A stretch of DNA of 64,000 bases from assembly GCA_037447605.1 (NCBI GenBank), contig CM074809.1, forward strand, positions 4,082,689 to 4,146,688. The letters run 5' to 3'. The stretch is from Zygnema circumcarinatum SAG 698-1b. Lineage: Eukaryota > Plantae > Zygnematophyceae. Both the position numbers and the translations under genes were made by a program. This document shows positions 33,792 through 47,100 of this stretch, one piece after another. Numbering within the stretch: position 1 is the first letter of the stretch; each line of letters opens with the position of its first letter. The notes under the pieces were generated by a model, which saw only the letters and a program-made list of their open reading frames with translations, was not told the origin of the DNA and ran no database searches.

Positions 33792-35765
33792 TCAGCAGCG
33801 GTCCTCGTGCGCGCACGCGCCCCCGCGGCGGCCTCCGCCCGCGCCCGCCCCCGCGGCGACCCCCGCGCCCGCGCGCAGGAGCAGCAGCGCATATAGGGCC
33901 GCGCCCGCCGCGCACAGCGCCGCGAGGATGAGCAGCGCGCCCACCACCGCGCCGTACAGGCACAGCTGCCGCACGCGCGCCATCCGCGGGTCCGCGCCGC
34001 CCGCCGCCTGCCGCGCCCGCCGCGGGGCCTGCGAGAAGGGGAGGGGGGGCGAGCAGAGCCAAGCACTCCAATAAGAGGGCGGTCAGGGACGGGCGGGGAG
34101 GCAACACAGGATGTCGCTGACATCTGTCTGCTTCAAGAGAATGGCGCCAACAGAAGCTCTGCCGACCACTTCGACCGTAGCAGCAAAACTTGCATTTTTT
34201 CTGATCCTTCATTCACATCCTCGAACGTACAATGAAATTGGCAACACTCGCTGAACTGGCTATTTCTCCGACTGAGGCGACAACCGGCAGCATGTTGGAG
34301 TCAACAAAGAAATCATTGCACTACTGACCTCAACTCGTCGCACCTCCGGAAAGTTTGATGCAGGTTTCCTGTAATCCCCCAGCATCTCTATTTGTGAAGG
34401 GTTACTCTCTCCTGAGGCTTACAACCATAGAGGCAGATTTCTACTGTCACGGTGAGTGAAGCATGGCTTTTTAAAATGGTTCGAAGACATTGACGTGGGA
34501 GAGAAAACCTAACTTTTGTACTGCGGACGGGTTGGTTTAACGTGCATCCTTGACTCTGGTTTGTCCTTCCAATCGAGAAGCATTACGATTTTCTCCATGA
34601 ACATTTCATCGGAAGGGTCCAACACAACTTTTGAAAGACTGCAATAAGTGCAGTTTTGATTTGAGTGATTGACGCATTTCGGCAGTTTAATGATGAACTT
34701 ACAAACAAATTTCACAAATGTTGCTTCCCCGCGTGCTGTGCCAGCGCAAGAGGCACGAGCGATGGGCCTGCCGGAGCTCGCCCTTGCAGTCGCATCCCAA
34801 CATTTCCAAACTCTCGTGCCCTCTCTCCTGACATACTCTGCCAAGAACGAGGCACACATCGCCATGCAGGACCGACCACGAAGATGAATAGGGCGTACAG
34901 TTTTCGCTACATGCATTTACTGGAATGTCACTATGGTCCATAAGCAGTGCACTTGAGGACAGCAAGAACAACAAAAAGGTGACGACTTGATTCTTCGAAA
35001 AAATCCCGAGCATGTGCTCAGGTGCACCCTGCTTGTGATGTGCCGGTAAAAAAATCCAATGGAAACAAGTGGACGATCCTGGATTTTTACCGAGGGTGGG
35101 CGAAGCCCTCTTTCAGCATAAAACACATAAGATAAAATAAAAAATAAAGGTTGAATTTTCAAAACTTGGGGGGGGGGGGTGGCGGGGGGGGGGGGCGCTT
35201 AGCCCTTTCCCAACTTGCATATGTAGGTCCACCACTGAGGGCAACCCTCAGGGGTGCCGCTGAAGTGGGTTGTTTTATGGCGTAGGGAGTCAACCCGTAC
35301 GTTCCACCGTTCTAGATATACACTTATCACATGGCATTCTGTTTTGGACTGTTGAGAACTTGCAGGTGCAGTCTAGTGTAGATCGCCAACGTTAAAAATG
35401 TCACAATCTAACAAGCTACTTGGCCGTCAAACCGCGGATTATGGACACTTTTCTACAATTCATAGTGATCTGAAATGCCACACGTTTGCAAATTACACAT
35501 ATCTAACTTCAACCTGTACTTCAAGTGCCTATCCTTTTCTTAGAGCTCGGTCACCTCAGCTCCGAAACTTCCCCATCAGCTAGGCCACAAGTCGCCATCT
35601 GATGGTTTGGTTCCGAGTCGGAATGGTCCAACGGGGACGGTTCCAAGTATCTGACCTGCAAACGTCTCCGCTGAAATCAGCAATGGATGACGTTGTGGCA
35701 TCCACAATAACTGAAAACCGCTCCCTTTGAGCCACGCCCTCCTCCCGCCCTGCACTGGAAGCCAT
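33792..35765 (-). CDS. RING-CH (RINGv, MARCH-type) E3 ubiquitin ligase with a C-terminal hydrophobic segment, 4 coding exons
   Basis: Spliced C4HC3 finger CRVC...GCDCKG...AHRSC..RW......CEIC, then LKPASNFPEVRRVE and LCLYGAVVGALLILAALCAAGAALYALLLL; start codon tentative (ATG at 35765). Confidence 0.85.
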
Positions 35766-36069
35766 ACGGTGACCGCAGGCACACTTGGTTAACTCCTACG
35801 GTCTTGTCAGCAGCATGCGAGGCTGAAATATACAAGGACACGATTGACCCCTCCCTGCATGCGAGCTGTACCTCTCCCTCCCCTTTTCATCCCCACTTCC
35901 CGCCAGTCAGCCAGCCGAGGGGCAGCCGAGCTTTGCTGTGCTTCGCATCTCTGCCGCATCCGCCTGACGGGCGTGCGCCGCAGCAGTCCCGTCAGTCCTC
36001 TCTCTCCCTCCGTCTCAGGCGACGAGCGATCGGCGGAGGGAGCCACGGCGGCGGCGGCGCCCTCCACGC

Positions 36070-36740
36070 GCGCCCGCCGTCCGTCACGTCAGTCACGCCC
36101 GTCACAGCGCGCCGCGCCCGTCGGGGGACGCGCCCGCGCGGGACCGGATCCGTGCGCGCATGCATGCATGCATGGCAGAGGCCTGCGCATGCATAATTGA
36201 CAGTCTGCCATATGCGCATAGCGCGCTGGAATTGTTGAGGCTGCACGCGTCTGTTGGTGGGTCGGGACACCCAATCGTCACCAATTTTTGTTTCTGGTAG
36301 ATTTGTCGTTTTTTAATAATCCAGCCATTGGCAATGGTTGACAGCAATTGAACAAGAAGCGTCAGCCAAGCGTTGCCCACGGTTCCGAACATTTTGACTT
36401 GGCTGGCGAGCACCGTCGAATGCATGGGGCTGTGCCACTGCCATGGCCATGGGCATGTCCGCGTCCATGTCACCATGCCATGCCATGCCATGCCATGTCC
36501 CATGGCCGCCCTGCCTGCCCCATTGCCGCAGAATCCGCGCACGATTCCCTGGTCGCCGTACGCCCATGTCGGCGAGTGGCCGTGCGGTACGGCCTCACCG
36601 TACGGTCTTCTAATTCTTGGTCGCCCGAGCCCGACCCGCCCGGGCCGCCCGGCCCCGCGTCCACCGTACGGTCCCGCTCGTGCGAGGGCGGCCGTCCGTT
36701 CCAGAGGCGCGCCCTCCTGCCCTAATTCGGGCGAGGCGGC
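36070..36740. promoter_or_regulatory. GC-rich bidirectional promoter between the RING-CH gene and ARIA
   Basis: Head-to-head genes; CCAAT/ATTGG motifs at about 36270-36340, (CCATG)n at 36450-36500, CCGTACGG palindromes at about 36598 and 36664. Confidence 0.55.
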
Positions 36741-37035
36741 AGGAGGGAGCGAGGGAGGGAGAGAGAGAGAAGAAGACGGGGAGGGAGGGGAGGACGGAGA
36801 GGACGGAGAGGACGGGGAGGAGGGAGGGGAGGACGGGGAGGAGGAGGAAGGAGGGGAGGAAGGAGGGGAGGAAAGAGAGGACGGAGAGGACTTGGAGGAC
36901 GGGGAGGCGGAGCCGAAGGCCTGGCAGGGTCGGGGGCAGCGGCGGGGGCAGGCGCCAAGGGGCCGCCGCTGCTCTGGAGGCTCTACGCGCGTGAGAGAAT
37001 TCTGTCCTTGTGGTGAGAGGCGCAGACGGGCGGAG

Positions 37036-40000
37036 ATGGACATGAAGCCTCAGAACCTGCAGGGCAAGGAGAGGAAGGGACTGAAACGGAAACTGGCAGA
37101 CACTACTATCGGGCTCAGCTCGGGAGACGATACTGCTCCTTTTATTGCGGAAGTGAAGTCTCAGATTGAATGCTTGAAAGCGTCGCTTGCTTGGACTGAA
37201 GTCGATCGACTTGCAGCAAGAAAAGCGGCTCATGCGTTGGCAGAGCTTGCTAAGCATGGTGTGTACACTGCGATTATTTTTTTCCCTTTCCTTAGTAGAA
37301 TTCATGAAACACGCGATTGCTTTTAATTGGTCGTTCTACCATTTTGAACTCACCATGTTGATTAATCGCAAAGCAACCCATGGCTGATGATGCATGGTTG
37401 GATGATTGGATGCTATGGAGGGAATTAAAGCGTCTCTGAGCTCTGCTGACATATTGCTTGTTGCTTATGTCTGCACGTGGAGCAGACGCAATTTCTAGAT
37501 TATATCGAGCATGCTCCATGCTCTGCAAATTAGTATGTGGTCGCTCAAATACTGCTAACCTGTATGCTGCTTTCTGCAGAAGAGCATGTCGATGTGATTG
37601 TGGACGAGGGAGCTGTGGACGCTCTTGTACCACATCTGTCCTCCCCAGTGTTGCAAGAAGGGGAAGGTCCACTCGCATGTGAACACGAGGTGGAAAAGGA
37701 GGCTGCGTTCGCTCTTGGTCTCCTGGCCGTGAAGGTGAGCGGCTAAGTGGTCTCACAAGGCAGTCGAGCTATCATTTTCTGTGTCCCCGCTATCCAAGTG
37801 TAAAGAGTTGCGCCTCGCCCTTCCCTCTGTCGTTAGATAAATCGAAATAGTCAGCCACCATCCTAAGTCTAGCAGAGCCCTTACAGCCTTCAGCACCTGC
37901 TCGTTTATGTCTTCCTTGCACAGCCGGAGCATCAGCGGCTGATAGCTGACGCAGGAGCCTTGTCAGCACTTGTTGCATTATTACGACGGAAACCAAGCGG
38001 AAGTAATGCTCGCATCGTTAACGGCGTTGTACGCAGAGCAGCTGATGCCGTTACTAATCTTGCTCATGAGAATGCCAACATTAAGACTCGTGTACGGTGA
38101 GTTGTTGTCTTTCACTTCACTGTTGCCTTTAAAGAGTGTTGTAGGGTTAGCGACTTCACAAAGGAACTGCATGCCATCAGTATGAACTCATTCAAGTCAA
38201 ATGTGTAATTTACATTAGTTGGTGGACTTTGTATGTTGTAATTTGATGTAAGGCCATTATGATGGTTGAACGGCAGGCCTTACCAGTCTAGGTCCAGGAA
38301 TGCCTATTCGCAAATCCCATGTAAGTCATGGCGAATGAGCCTGTCAGTTTTACGTTTTGTTTACTCAGCACGGAGGGTGGTATCCCTCCATTGGTGGAGC
38401 TTTTGGAATCTACGGACCCAAAGGTGCAAAGGGCAGGAGCGGGTGCGTTAAGAACTCTAGCTTTTAAGAATGAGCCAAACAAGAACCTGGTGAGCACTCT
38501 CTTTCTTTTACGCGTGCTACTATATTGCCCTGACTGCAATACAGGGCATGGCTCTGAAGGGGATGGGTCATAGAGGTCGTTGGTATTGAAAAGCTACATC
38601 AAGTCTGTTCTGGACGCAGGAACAGCTTGGCTTCAAAGTTGTGGACCTTTTTTATCCTGTGCAGATAGTAGAGTGCAACGCCCTTCCGACACTGATTTTT
38701 ATGCTGAGATCAGAAGATGCCGGCATTCATTACGAAGCGGTACGTTCACTGGCGGCTCCCTTTGTGGCAACATAATGACTGTAAGCTGAAACCGAAAACA
38801 TTGAATATGGGTTTACTAAAGAGATGCTGTTGTTTGCTTGCAGGTTGGCGTGATAGGAAACCTTGTACATTCATCTTTAAACATCAAGAAGCAGGTTCTC
38901 GATGAAGGGGCGCTACAGCCTGTCATTGGCTTGCTAAGGTAATTGATCTATTTCACTATTCTCATCCCTTATGTGAGGATTTTGAGTCTCGAACTCATAT
39001 TTGGGACAGCCTTTTGAATTGAAGTGGTTGCACTTGGCTCGTTTTGCAGCTCAAGATGCACAGAAAGTCAGCGTGAGGCCGCGCTTTTGCTTGGGCAGTT
39101 TGCGACTACAGATCCAGAGTGTAAGGTATGGGTGAAGTTCGTTTCTTTTAAACTTAGTGTTGCATTTCCAGATATCATTTGGGATGCAACCATTGGAGGT
39201 GGCTGGATTGAAGGATCAATAGCAGAGAAATTATTGTTGTGAATATGTCGTAACTGTGCTCTTGATATGCTTGGACATGGAGTGCGCTACGTGCAGGTTC
39301 GTATTGTACAACGAGGGGCAGTGCGACCTCTTATACGGATGCTTGAAGCGACTGATGCTCAGCTTCGAGAAATGGCTGCTTTTGCTTTGGGTCGATTAGC
39401 TCAGGTAAATTCAAAGAACCTGCTGTTTATGTTAAGTACCTGGCTTTCTGTGGTTTGAGTTTGCTTTTTGTAATTATTGCAACGTAAGTACTCCTCTTTT
39501 AATATAATTGTTTAAAGCAGACTCTTCAATTGATTGTTGCAGAATTCTGATAATCAAGCCGGAATTGCTCACGACGGTGGATTGCGACCCCTTTTAGAGC
39601 TTTTGGACTCTAAAAATGGTTCCCTTCAGCACAATGCCGCTTTTGCTTTGTACGGATTAGCAGATAATGAGGTATGCTTCTCCTTTCATGATGTATGGAG
39701 TTGACTTGGAGTTGTCCATTTTACAAACGTTTCAATGAATGTTGTCTTTTCATACCCCTAAGGAACAGGTTTACTGACACATCATTGTCAACAACAGGAT
39801 AATGTGTCGGACATAGTACGGGAAGGAGGGATACAGCACCTCATGGATGGAGAGCTCATTGTACAGGTGAGGCTGTTATTTTTTGCCTTTTCTGAAGTAG
39901 CCTTGGAAAGGTGCACTGGGCTGACTGTGACTGTATCCATCTTACTAGTTTCTTATGAGAATACGCAGTCCTAAGGGACCTAAGTTCGTGCAAAAATGCT

Positions 40001-43000
40001 AAGGCGTTTCTAATTAGATCCCTATTCACTTCTTGCAGGCCTCAAAAGACTGTGTACAGAAGACTTTGAAGAGACTGGAGGAGAAAATGCAGGGCAAGGT
40101 GAGTTATGAGGAACTCTTCCGCCCCTTCTTCTGTGTTTATGTTGAATTTGAAGGCGTGTTATCTGTATTGTCCGGAATGGTGCTGACTGAAGGACACAAG
40201 GGTACAATGCGCTGAAATGCGTCTTTTCATTCACCGGTGCAGGTTCTGAAGCACCTTCTATACTTGATGCGGTGCTCGGAGAAGACCATCCACCGACGAG
40301 TAGCAACAGCCCTCGCACACCTTTGTTCAGAAGATGATCAGCGTAATATCTTTATGGAGAACAGTGGTGAGTAGCTGAACTCCTATCAGAGTACAGTACT
40401 CCCTCCCTGAAGAGCCCTTCTCTAACAGCCGTCCCACTCTAAACTATCAAAACTTTGATCCCGTAACGTTGTCCCTCGAACTGGCTGCTGATAACATCGG
40501 CCGTATGAATAGAACGGAGAAAGGCACGGATGACGGGGCTTCAAATCTCTTGCGCCGTTGCATGTGAATCTGTCCATTGACGGACGCTGAATTTTTGGAA
40601 AATCTGCTGTTGTGCACAGTTCCATATTCTGAAACACGCGCACATGCGAAGCATGTTTTCTATCATATGAGATGCACAAATTTACTGTCTGGGTTGCACA
40701 TGTTGCAGAACGTGTGTCACACGTTAGGCGCACGTGCCCCCACCCGCATTAACTCGATGTCTTGCAGTTTCCGTTGTTTGTGCTTCTTTTTGGCGAACTG
40801 GTATTATGAATTGGTGTAGATATGCTGCCTGTTATTCATGAATGCCTTATCAAATTGTTGATCTCCGATGCAGGTTTTTTTTGCCTTTGTGCCACTGTGA
40901 AGGGCTGAGAACTTTCTGACATATTGGACTTGGGTCTTTCTTTGTTTCCGCTCTAGCCTTCGTGGAATCATTAAAAATTTACCACTCTTGAGTGTAGTAT
41001 AGGAATGGCGTTCACACCATCGGAACAGCACGTTTTGTCCAGAGATAAGCTTGCGTTTTCATGCTTCAAGACACCACTTGTTGAATCGCAGGATTGGAGA
41101 TTCTTTTGGAGATGGTCTCAGCTCCCCCAAGCTCGAAAACTCAGAGGGAGGGCGCGACTGCCCTATTTTCTCTGGCAAAGAGAGCTGCGGCTCTTTCACC
41201 AATTGATGCCGCACCACCTCCACCTACTCCTCAGGTGCAAATTGTCCTTGACTACATTTAAGATGTTGCCTAAACTTGCTTTCAACTGATGCATGAGGTC
41301 TGGTAATTTTAGACGTTTCACGCCTATTTGTCAAGCATGTTATTGAGCACTGCTTTGGCTCAAACGGCTGTGGGAGCTCGTTTCTGTCTGCAGGTCTATT
41401 TAGGGGAACAATACGTGAACAGCACCACACTCTCCGATGTCACCTTTTTAGTTGAAGGTTGGTGACAAGTGAAGCATGATTCGGCATTGAAACGAGCTGG
41501 AAAAGGAGTCGTGTTGCTATCCTGATGGCCCACTGCACAATCTGATCTTGCATTTGCACCTAAGATCATATGGTTACATGTTTGCTTATCAAATTCTAAA
41601 AAGCATTGGCTCTCTGAAAGTTTGCCATGTACCAACTTCCTCATGCTCCTCAACAGCCGAAGACTCATTGTTTAAACTGTGCGTGCGCTATGGCAGGAAC
41701 ACGGTTCTTTGCCCATCGAATTGCCCTACTGGCTTCTTCAGACGCATTCAGGGCTATGTTTGATGGTGGTTATCGGGTGCGTTGCTTTACTGAAACTTTT
41801 GTGGTCGGACATTGTGTCAAGCATTGGAGTGACAAGCCATGAGAGCGGCATTCGTTGTTCGATTGCTCGGCCATGCTTGGTTTGGGGAGCAACTTCCATA
41901 TAATTGAAGTTTACCTTGAGCATTTTCGTGTTTGTGACGGTGCAGGAAAAGGAGGCTAAGGATATTGAGATACCAAACATCAGTTGGAAAGTTTTTGAAT
42001 CCATGATGAGGTTTGTGATGCTCAACCGTGCTTGCTCAATGTTCTGAGAAACGGCTCGTGCCTTTTTTTTTGTTTTCAAGCCTTTTTGATAAGCACGAGT
42101 GCGCAATAGTTGATCACCGCAAATTCATTTCCAGTTTTGTTTCATACGCACCAGGTAGTAGTGCTTTTGAAAAGCTCTTATTTCAGGGAAGATTCTGGTT
42201 GAGATGGCTGCAGATGCATTTACACCGGCACTGTAGAAGTAACACCGGACATGGCGCAGGACCTACTAAGAGCTGCGGATCAATATTTGTTGGAGGGCTT
42301 AAAACGCCTCTGTGAATATGCAATTGCACAGGTGAGTCTGGCAGACGCTGTTTCCATGCTCCATCACTTTACGCATCATGCCGGGCTGGTGAAGGCTGCA
42401 AATTTCCCCAGTGTTTTCGTATTTGCAAGATTCTTGCACACTGTACAGCGTTTGGGGTTTCTTGCCTCTCTCGTCTGCTAGAACGACTGTATTCATTTGT
42501 TGGAGAGCCCATATACCTGCTTCTGCACTATCACCGAAGTCCAGGATGGGCTTAGAATCTGCGCTGAAAAATACAACAGGGGAGGCGGACTTAATCATAG
42601 TGCTAGGAGGGATACATAAAAAAAGGAGGGCTGTGGCGGCTGTCTGCTTCACCTGTCAGGCATTTGACGAGGGCATGTGCTTGAGCAGGACCTTACAATT
42701 GAGAACGTCTCGAATGTGTACGAGCTCGCGGAGGCATATCACGCTCAGTCTTTGAGGCATACGTGCGTCCTGTTTGTGCTCGAGCATAACGATCAGATGT
42801 GCACCCTGCCAGGGTAAGGCTCTTTATCCTTTGCTCATTGCTGCTCTGAGAAAGACTGTCTCTCCATAGTCGTAAGGCATGCCCCCCCTCCTCCACCCTC
42901 CCCCACTCTTTCCCTTCCTTTGTCATTATTTTAACGATGGTCTCGGATCTTGTGACTGTATTGCGTTCCATAAACTTTTGGTTTAGGTTTGCTAAGGGCT

Positions 43001-43102
43001 GCTGCTTGGGGGGGCGGACTGAGCAGATACCATCAGCTGACTTTACGAATGATTCCTGAAATGCGCGAGTACATGCACAGAGTACTCCGCCCAAGGCCCT
43101 GA
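37036..43102 (+). CDS. ARIA: ARM-repeat plus BTB/POZ protein (ARIA/ABAP1 family)
   Basis: KGLKRKL N-terminus, EHEVEKEAAFALGLLAVKPEHQ, RRAADAVTNLAHEN..IKTRVR.EGGIPPLVELL, QREAALLLGQFATTD, YLGEQYVN...SDVTFLVEG.RFFAHRIALLASSDAFRAMFDGGY, DLLRAADQYLLEGLKRLCE; phases consistent to ...VLRPRP*. Confidence 0.96.
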
Positions 43103-44195
43103 GTCGCAGGGACTAGTCGAGGTTGGCGCTCACCTCACTGTTTTGCAGGCGTAGGTCAGTGTATTAGGCTGGCATGTCCGTGCTGTGCCCGTAGCGCAGC
43201 TGATGTCAACCTGTCGATAGCGGATGATAGGTGCAGGGTCCCCCAGCCAACGGAATAAGAGCTGCAGTTGGGAAGGGGCGGAGCTGCATTTGGCCCGAGT
43301 TGTCGGGCAGGTGTTGGGAGGGCGGGGGAGGGGGACGGCCTTCCCCTCCTCCCCCGTTCCTCAGCAGAGTCGAGTCACCACTCTTTTTCTGTGACTCCAC
43401 TTGGCATTCGAATCAAGCCACGTTCACATGTGATGCCTACAGTTGCGGCTGCTGCCTGACCGACCCATCAGTAGCACACTGTGGCAGACACTGTGGCACT
43501 GACTGTGTTGTGACTGTCACAACACCTGCTCGGGTATAAACAAACAAAAGGATATGGACACAATGAGGCTGGCGGCAAGCTGCCCCACGAGCATGGACTG
43601 GCGGACTTCAAATTGGCGGATTCCACAACTTGCGTGGGTCATACCCGCTAGAAGCCTTCACTTCCCCTTTGACATGGCAGCGGCAATCGCTGGTGCTCGT
43701 CAAGCCGATGGAGGTCGCAGTTTCTACTCTCTTTCTCTTTGTAGCTAGTACAGCTTGTTATCCACACTTTTCGTCCATTAATTTTCGATTAATGACAGTA
43801 TCAATTGCTTTTTTGAATTCGTGGTGTGTGGAAGGCTACGTGACACAACTACATATGTAGCGCCAGTCACTTTACCCGTGTTTGAAATTAAATTCGATGA
43901 TATGCCAATCGCTCGCGGGGGTAAGCCTTTGTTGAGTTGCCGCTATCAGCGAAAACGCCAGACTGCTCGCGTACTAGTAACTAAGACCGAGGCTGCATGT
44001 CATGACTCCACGCGGCATCCGGCCTCACAGTCCACATCACCACACAACTATTGGACAACTGCTACTTGTTGCCTATCTGTTTTTCGGGACGAAATGCAAT
44101 GGCCGGGTCATCCACAGGAAAAACAAGCAGTGCATAATCAAAATGGAAGGAGAGAGAGTCGTTAATGTCCCGCTCAGGCCCACATCCAACCCACA

Positions 44196-47100
44196 TCAGT
44201 GCCTGGTTTTTTTGGCAGTGTTTGGTCTGCCGCCCTTTCCTATGAAGTGGTTGGAGGAGCGCCCTCCGCCATCCGCATCACCTTCATCGTTGTCTCCTCT
44301 TCCTTTCCTCTTCCCGCGCCGATTCGAATCTTTCTCCCGCATATGCTGCATCAAAACGCGGCAGGAAGAAGGGTCAGCGCGGATGCGCTCCTCAGGTTCC
44401 ACCATTTATAAACATCAGAGGAGACTTCACAATTGACGGGGCCACCGTTGGCTGGAAGCCCATTCCCTTCTCATTTGCGCAAATGGCCCGTCACATTGCA
44501 ACCATCACAGACAGGAAATCAGCCAACAGATGCACAACGGCCCGCAGAGGAGCGAGCCGCACCGTGGTGGCCAATCGCTGCGCATCATTGACACGCTCCA
44601 ACATCAGCAGGACTTCTTCCTGCTCTGCCGGAAATGCGTCCATCTTGACACCTGCATCCTCGGAAGTAGAACCAAACCAGAATGCAACACAGATTCGCTT
44701 AGATCAGACTAGCACTCTTCAGATCTTCCCGCCACAGAGGAGTTAAATCAACCACGAAATTGATCTGCACAGCCTCTGCCTTATATTGGACAGAAGCTCG
44801 TCCATGTGGCGAAACGACTTGAGTCTGAGTACGCACCAATAGCCCAGACCATCTAACAACCATACTAAAGCCCAATTCATGCATGGTGCATATGACAATT
44901 CTCAACCTTTTTGTAACAAAGAGTGGCGACTGCTTGGCGTGTAAAGAAAAGCGAAGGAGGCGATGGGGTTCGCTCACCTGTTAATTGTTCTATTCGCTGG
45001 AACAACTCAACATCATACTGCGTGACTATAGAAATAGCCCGACCAGATCTGCCTGCCCGAGCTGTTCTTCCAACTCGATGAATATAGTCCTGCAAGAGTC
45101 ATCAGAGATAGCCTCAGCTACATGGAGATTGTACATAAGGTGAAGGAGTGTATCTGATTGGTGGCAGCACCACAAGCAGACACAAACGATTAGTTACAGG
45201 CGCCGGGGTGAGAAAGAAGACTGAACAAACGGCACACAAAGGACGTGATCAAAGTTGAACATTTCGATCATTCTGTTTGGAAGCGAAGCGTGTCAGCTAT
45301 GTATCCCTGCCAATATGACAGGCTCTAACCTTCCCTAAAAGCGGTTGAGTTCAAACCTTCGAGTTTGTGGGTATGTCGTAGTTGATGACAACGTCTACAG
45401 ACGAGATGTCCAGGCCTCTGCTGGCAACATCAGTGCAGATGAGGATGCTACGCTCACCCGCCTTGAACTTTGCAAGAGCCCCCAAACGCTTCGGCTGCAT
45501 CACAATCACACGGAAGTCTACGACGTGGGTCAACAATGGAAGACCAACAAAAAAAAAAAAAAAAAAAAAAATCAGACTCAGAGTTTAGAATCAACCACTG
45601 CACAAAATCTCCTGGAAAGCATCTGAAACATTCCCCAAACAATACATCATGATATGGCGTCTACCATAGAACTTTACTGAACCTATCCTTATACACGAGT
45701 CATGCGTCGGATGGATAGGCTTGGCAGTAGCGTGAGCCCTAGTATTGAATCGTTCATTGTACAAGTCAGTCGCCCCCTACTTGGCCTGCCCGCAAGTTTC
45801 CTTGCGCATGAAACCAACCTGACTCATCTGCCCGCTGATGGGAATCGCCTCAAAGCCCAAATTCCGCAGCAGGAGTGCCACTTTACGTGTTGCCTCACAT
45901 GTGCGCGTAAACACCATGGCGGTGGTCCCCGCTAGCTCGTTCAGAGTGTAAGTCAAGTAGCAATCTTTGTGCTTTGCTGGCACAAACAGATATTGTTGCC
46001 GAAGAGTCTCCACCGTGGAATACTTGGAGGACACTTCTACCTGATAATGGGAGATGACAGGCTGAGGTGAGAAAGGAATCAATATGATTCGATAGTGTAA
46101 ACTGTGTACATGCTACATTCCTGTTGCTGTGCACAACACGATTGCTTCAGAAAAACCCTCCATTCCGATCGACAATCGCGATGGGCTTGTATAGTGCCAC
46201 TATACTTCAAGAAACGGACAAACCGATTCTGTTAATTAGGATAATGCAAAATGAGGGACTATAACAGCAAGAGTGCTGCCGTTCGCCTTTTGGTAGCATA
46301 TATCCACTTCCTTACCTTCACTGGGTTCTTCAGGCATGCTCTCTGCAGCTTCGCCACCTGTTACCCAACACGAGGGAGACTCATGTTTCATATTACCTCC
46401 CAACATAAGGAAAAGCCTCGAAAAACCACAAGTGCACTATGACGCCCCTTGCAAGAATGACAGGTTGCCTCCACTCACACAAGTTGAATATGCTAAACTA
46501 ATTACTAGAAACGTGCAGCCCCTTTTGTGCAGAAAAATGCATACAAAACGCCGGTCACAAAGAACGTGTATTGGCCGTCTCTCCTCGTCCTAAACGAAGG
46601 TCTTTCAATACTTGGCAATGAGTGACTGGCACCTTAGGATGACTTTCCATCCTTGTCAGACAGAACGCCCACAACACAGCCACTGCAAAACCAAGGTACT
46701 TGCCTTATTTGTCATTGTAGCTGAAAACAGATAAGTTCGACGGTCTTTCGGAACTGCCTTCAGTATCTCGTCAATCTCCGCTTCAAAATCCATATTAAGT
46801 AAACGATCCGCTTCATCCAGAACCTAACCTTAAGCAAGATTCCCACTTTCATTAGCACCACTTTCGTAACTCACTGCATTCAGTCCACTGCTGGAAATTC
46901 AAGGAGTAGTATTTGAAGAGGAATATGCTCCAAGAAATTTCCCAGCCCTGACAACTTCCGCCATCCCAGTCACTCACTAGATATTTCAAAGTCCGTAAAC
47001 TGAAGCCTTTGGTGTTGCTGAGATGGTCCACGAGCCGGCCTGGAGTGCCCACCTGGTGCCCCGCATGAGCATCCCATAAGAGCCTCCGAACACACGTACC

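Noticed and set aside
36102-37035. 313-317 aa ORFs with acidic G/E or P/S-rich stretches
   Set aside because: GC-rich promoter plus purine-rich ARIA leader; family similarity starts only at the ATG at 37036.
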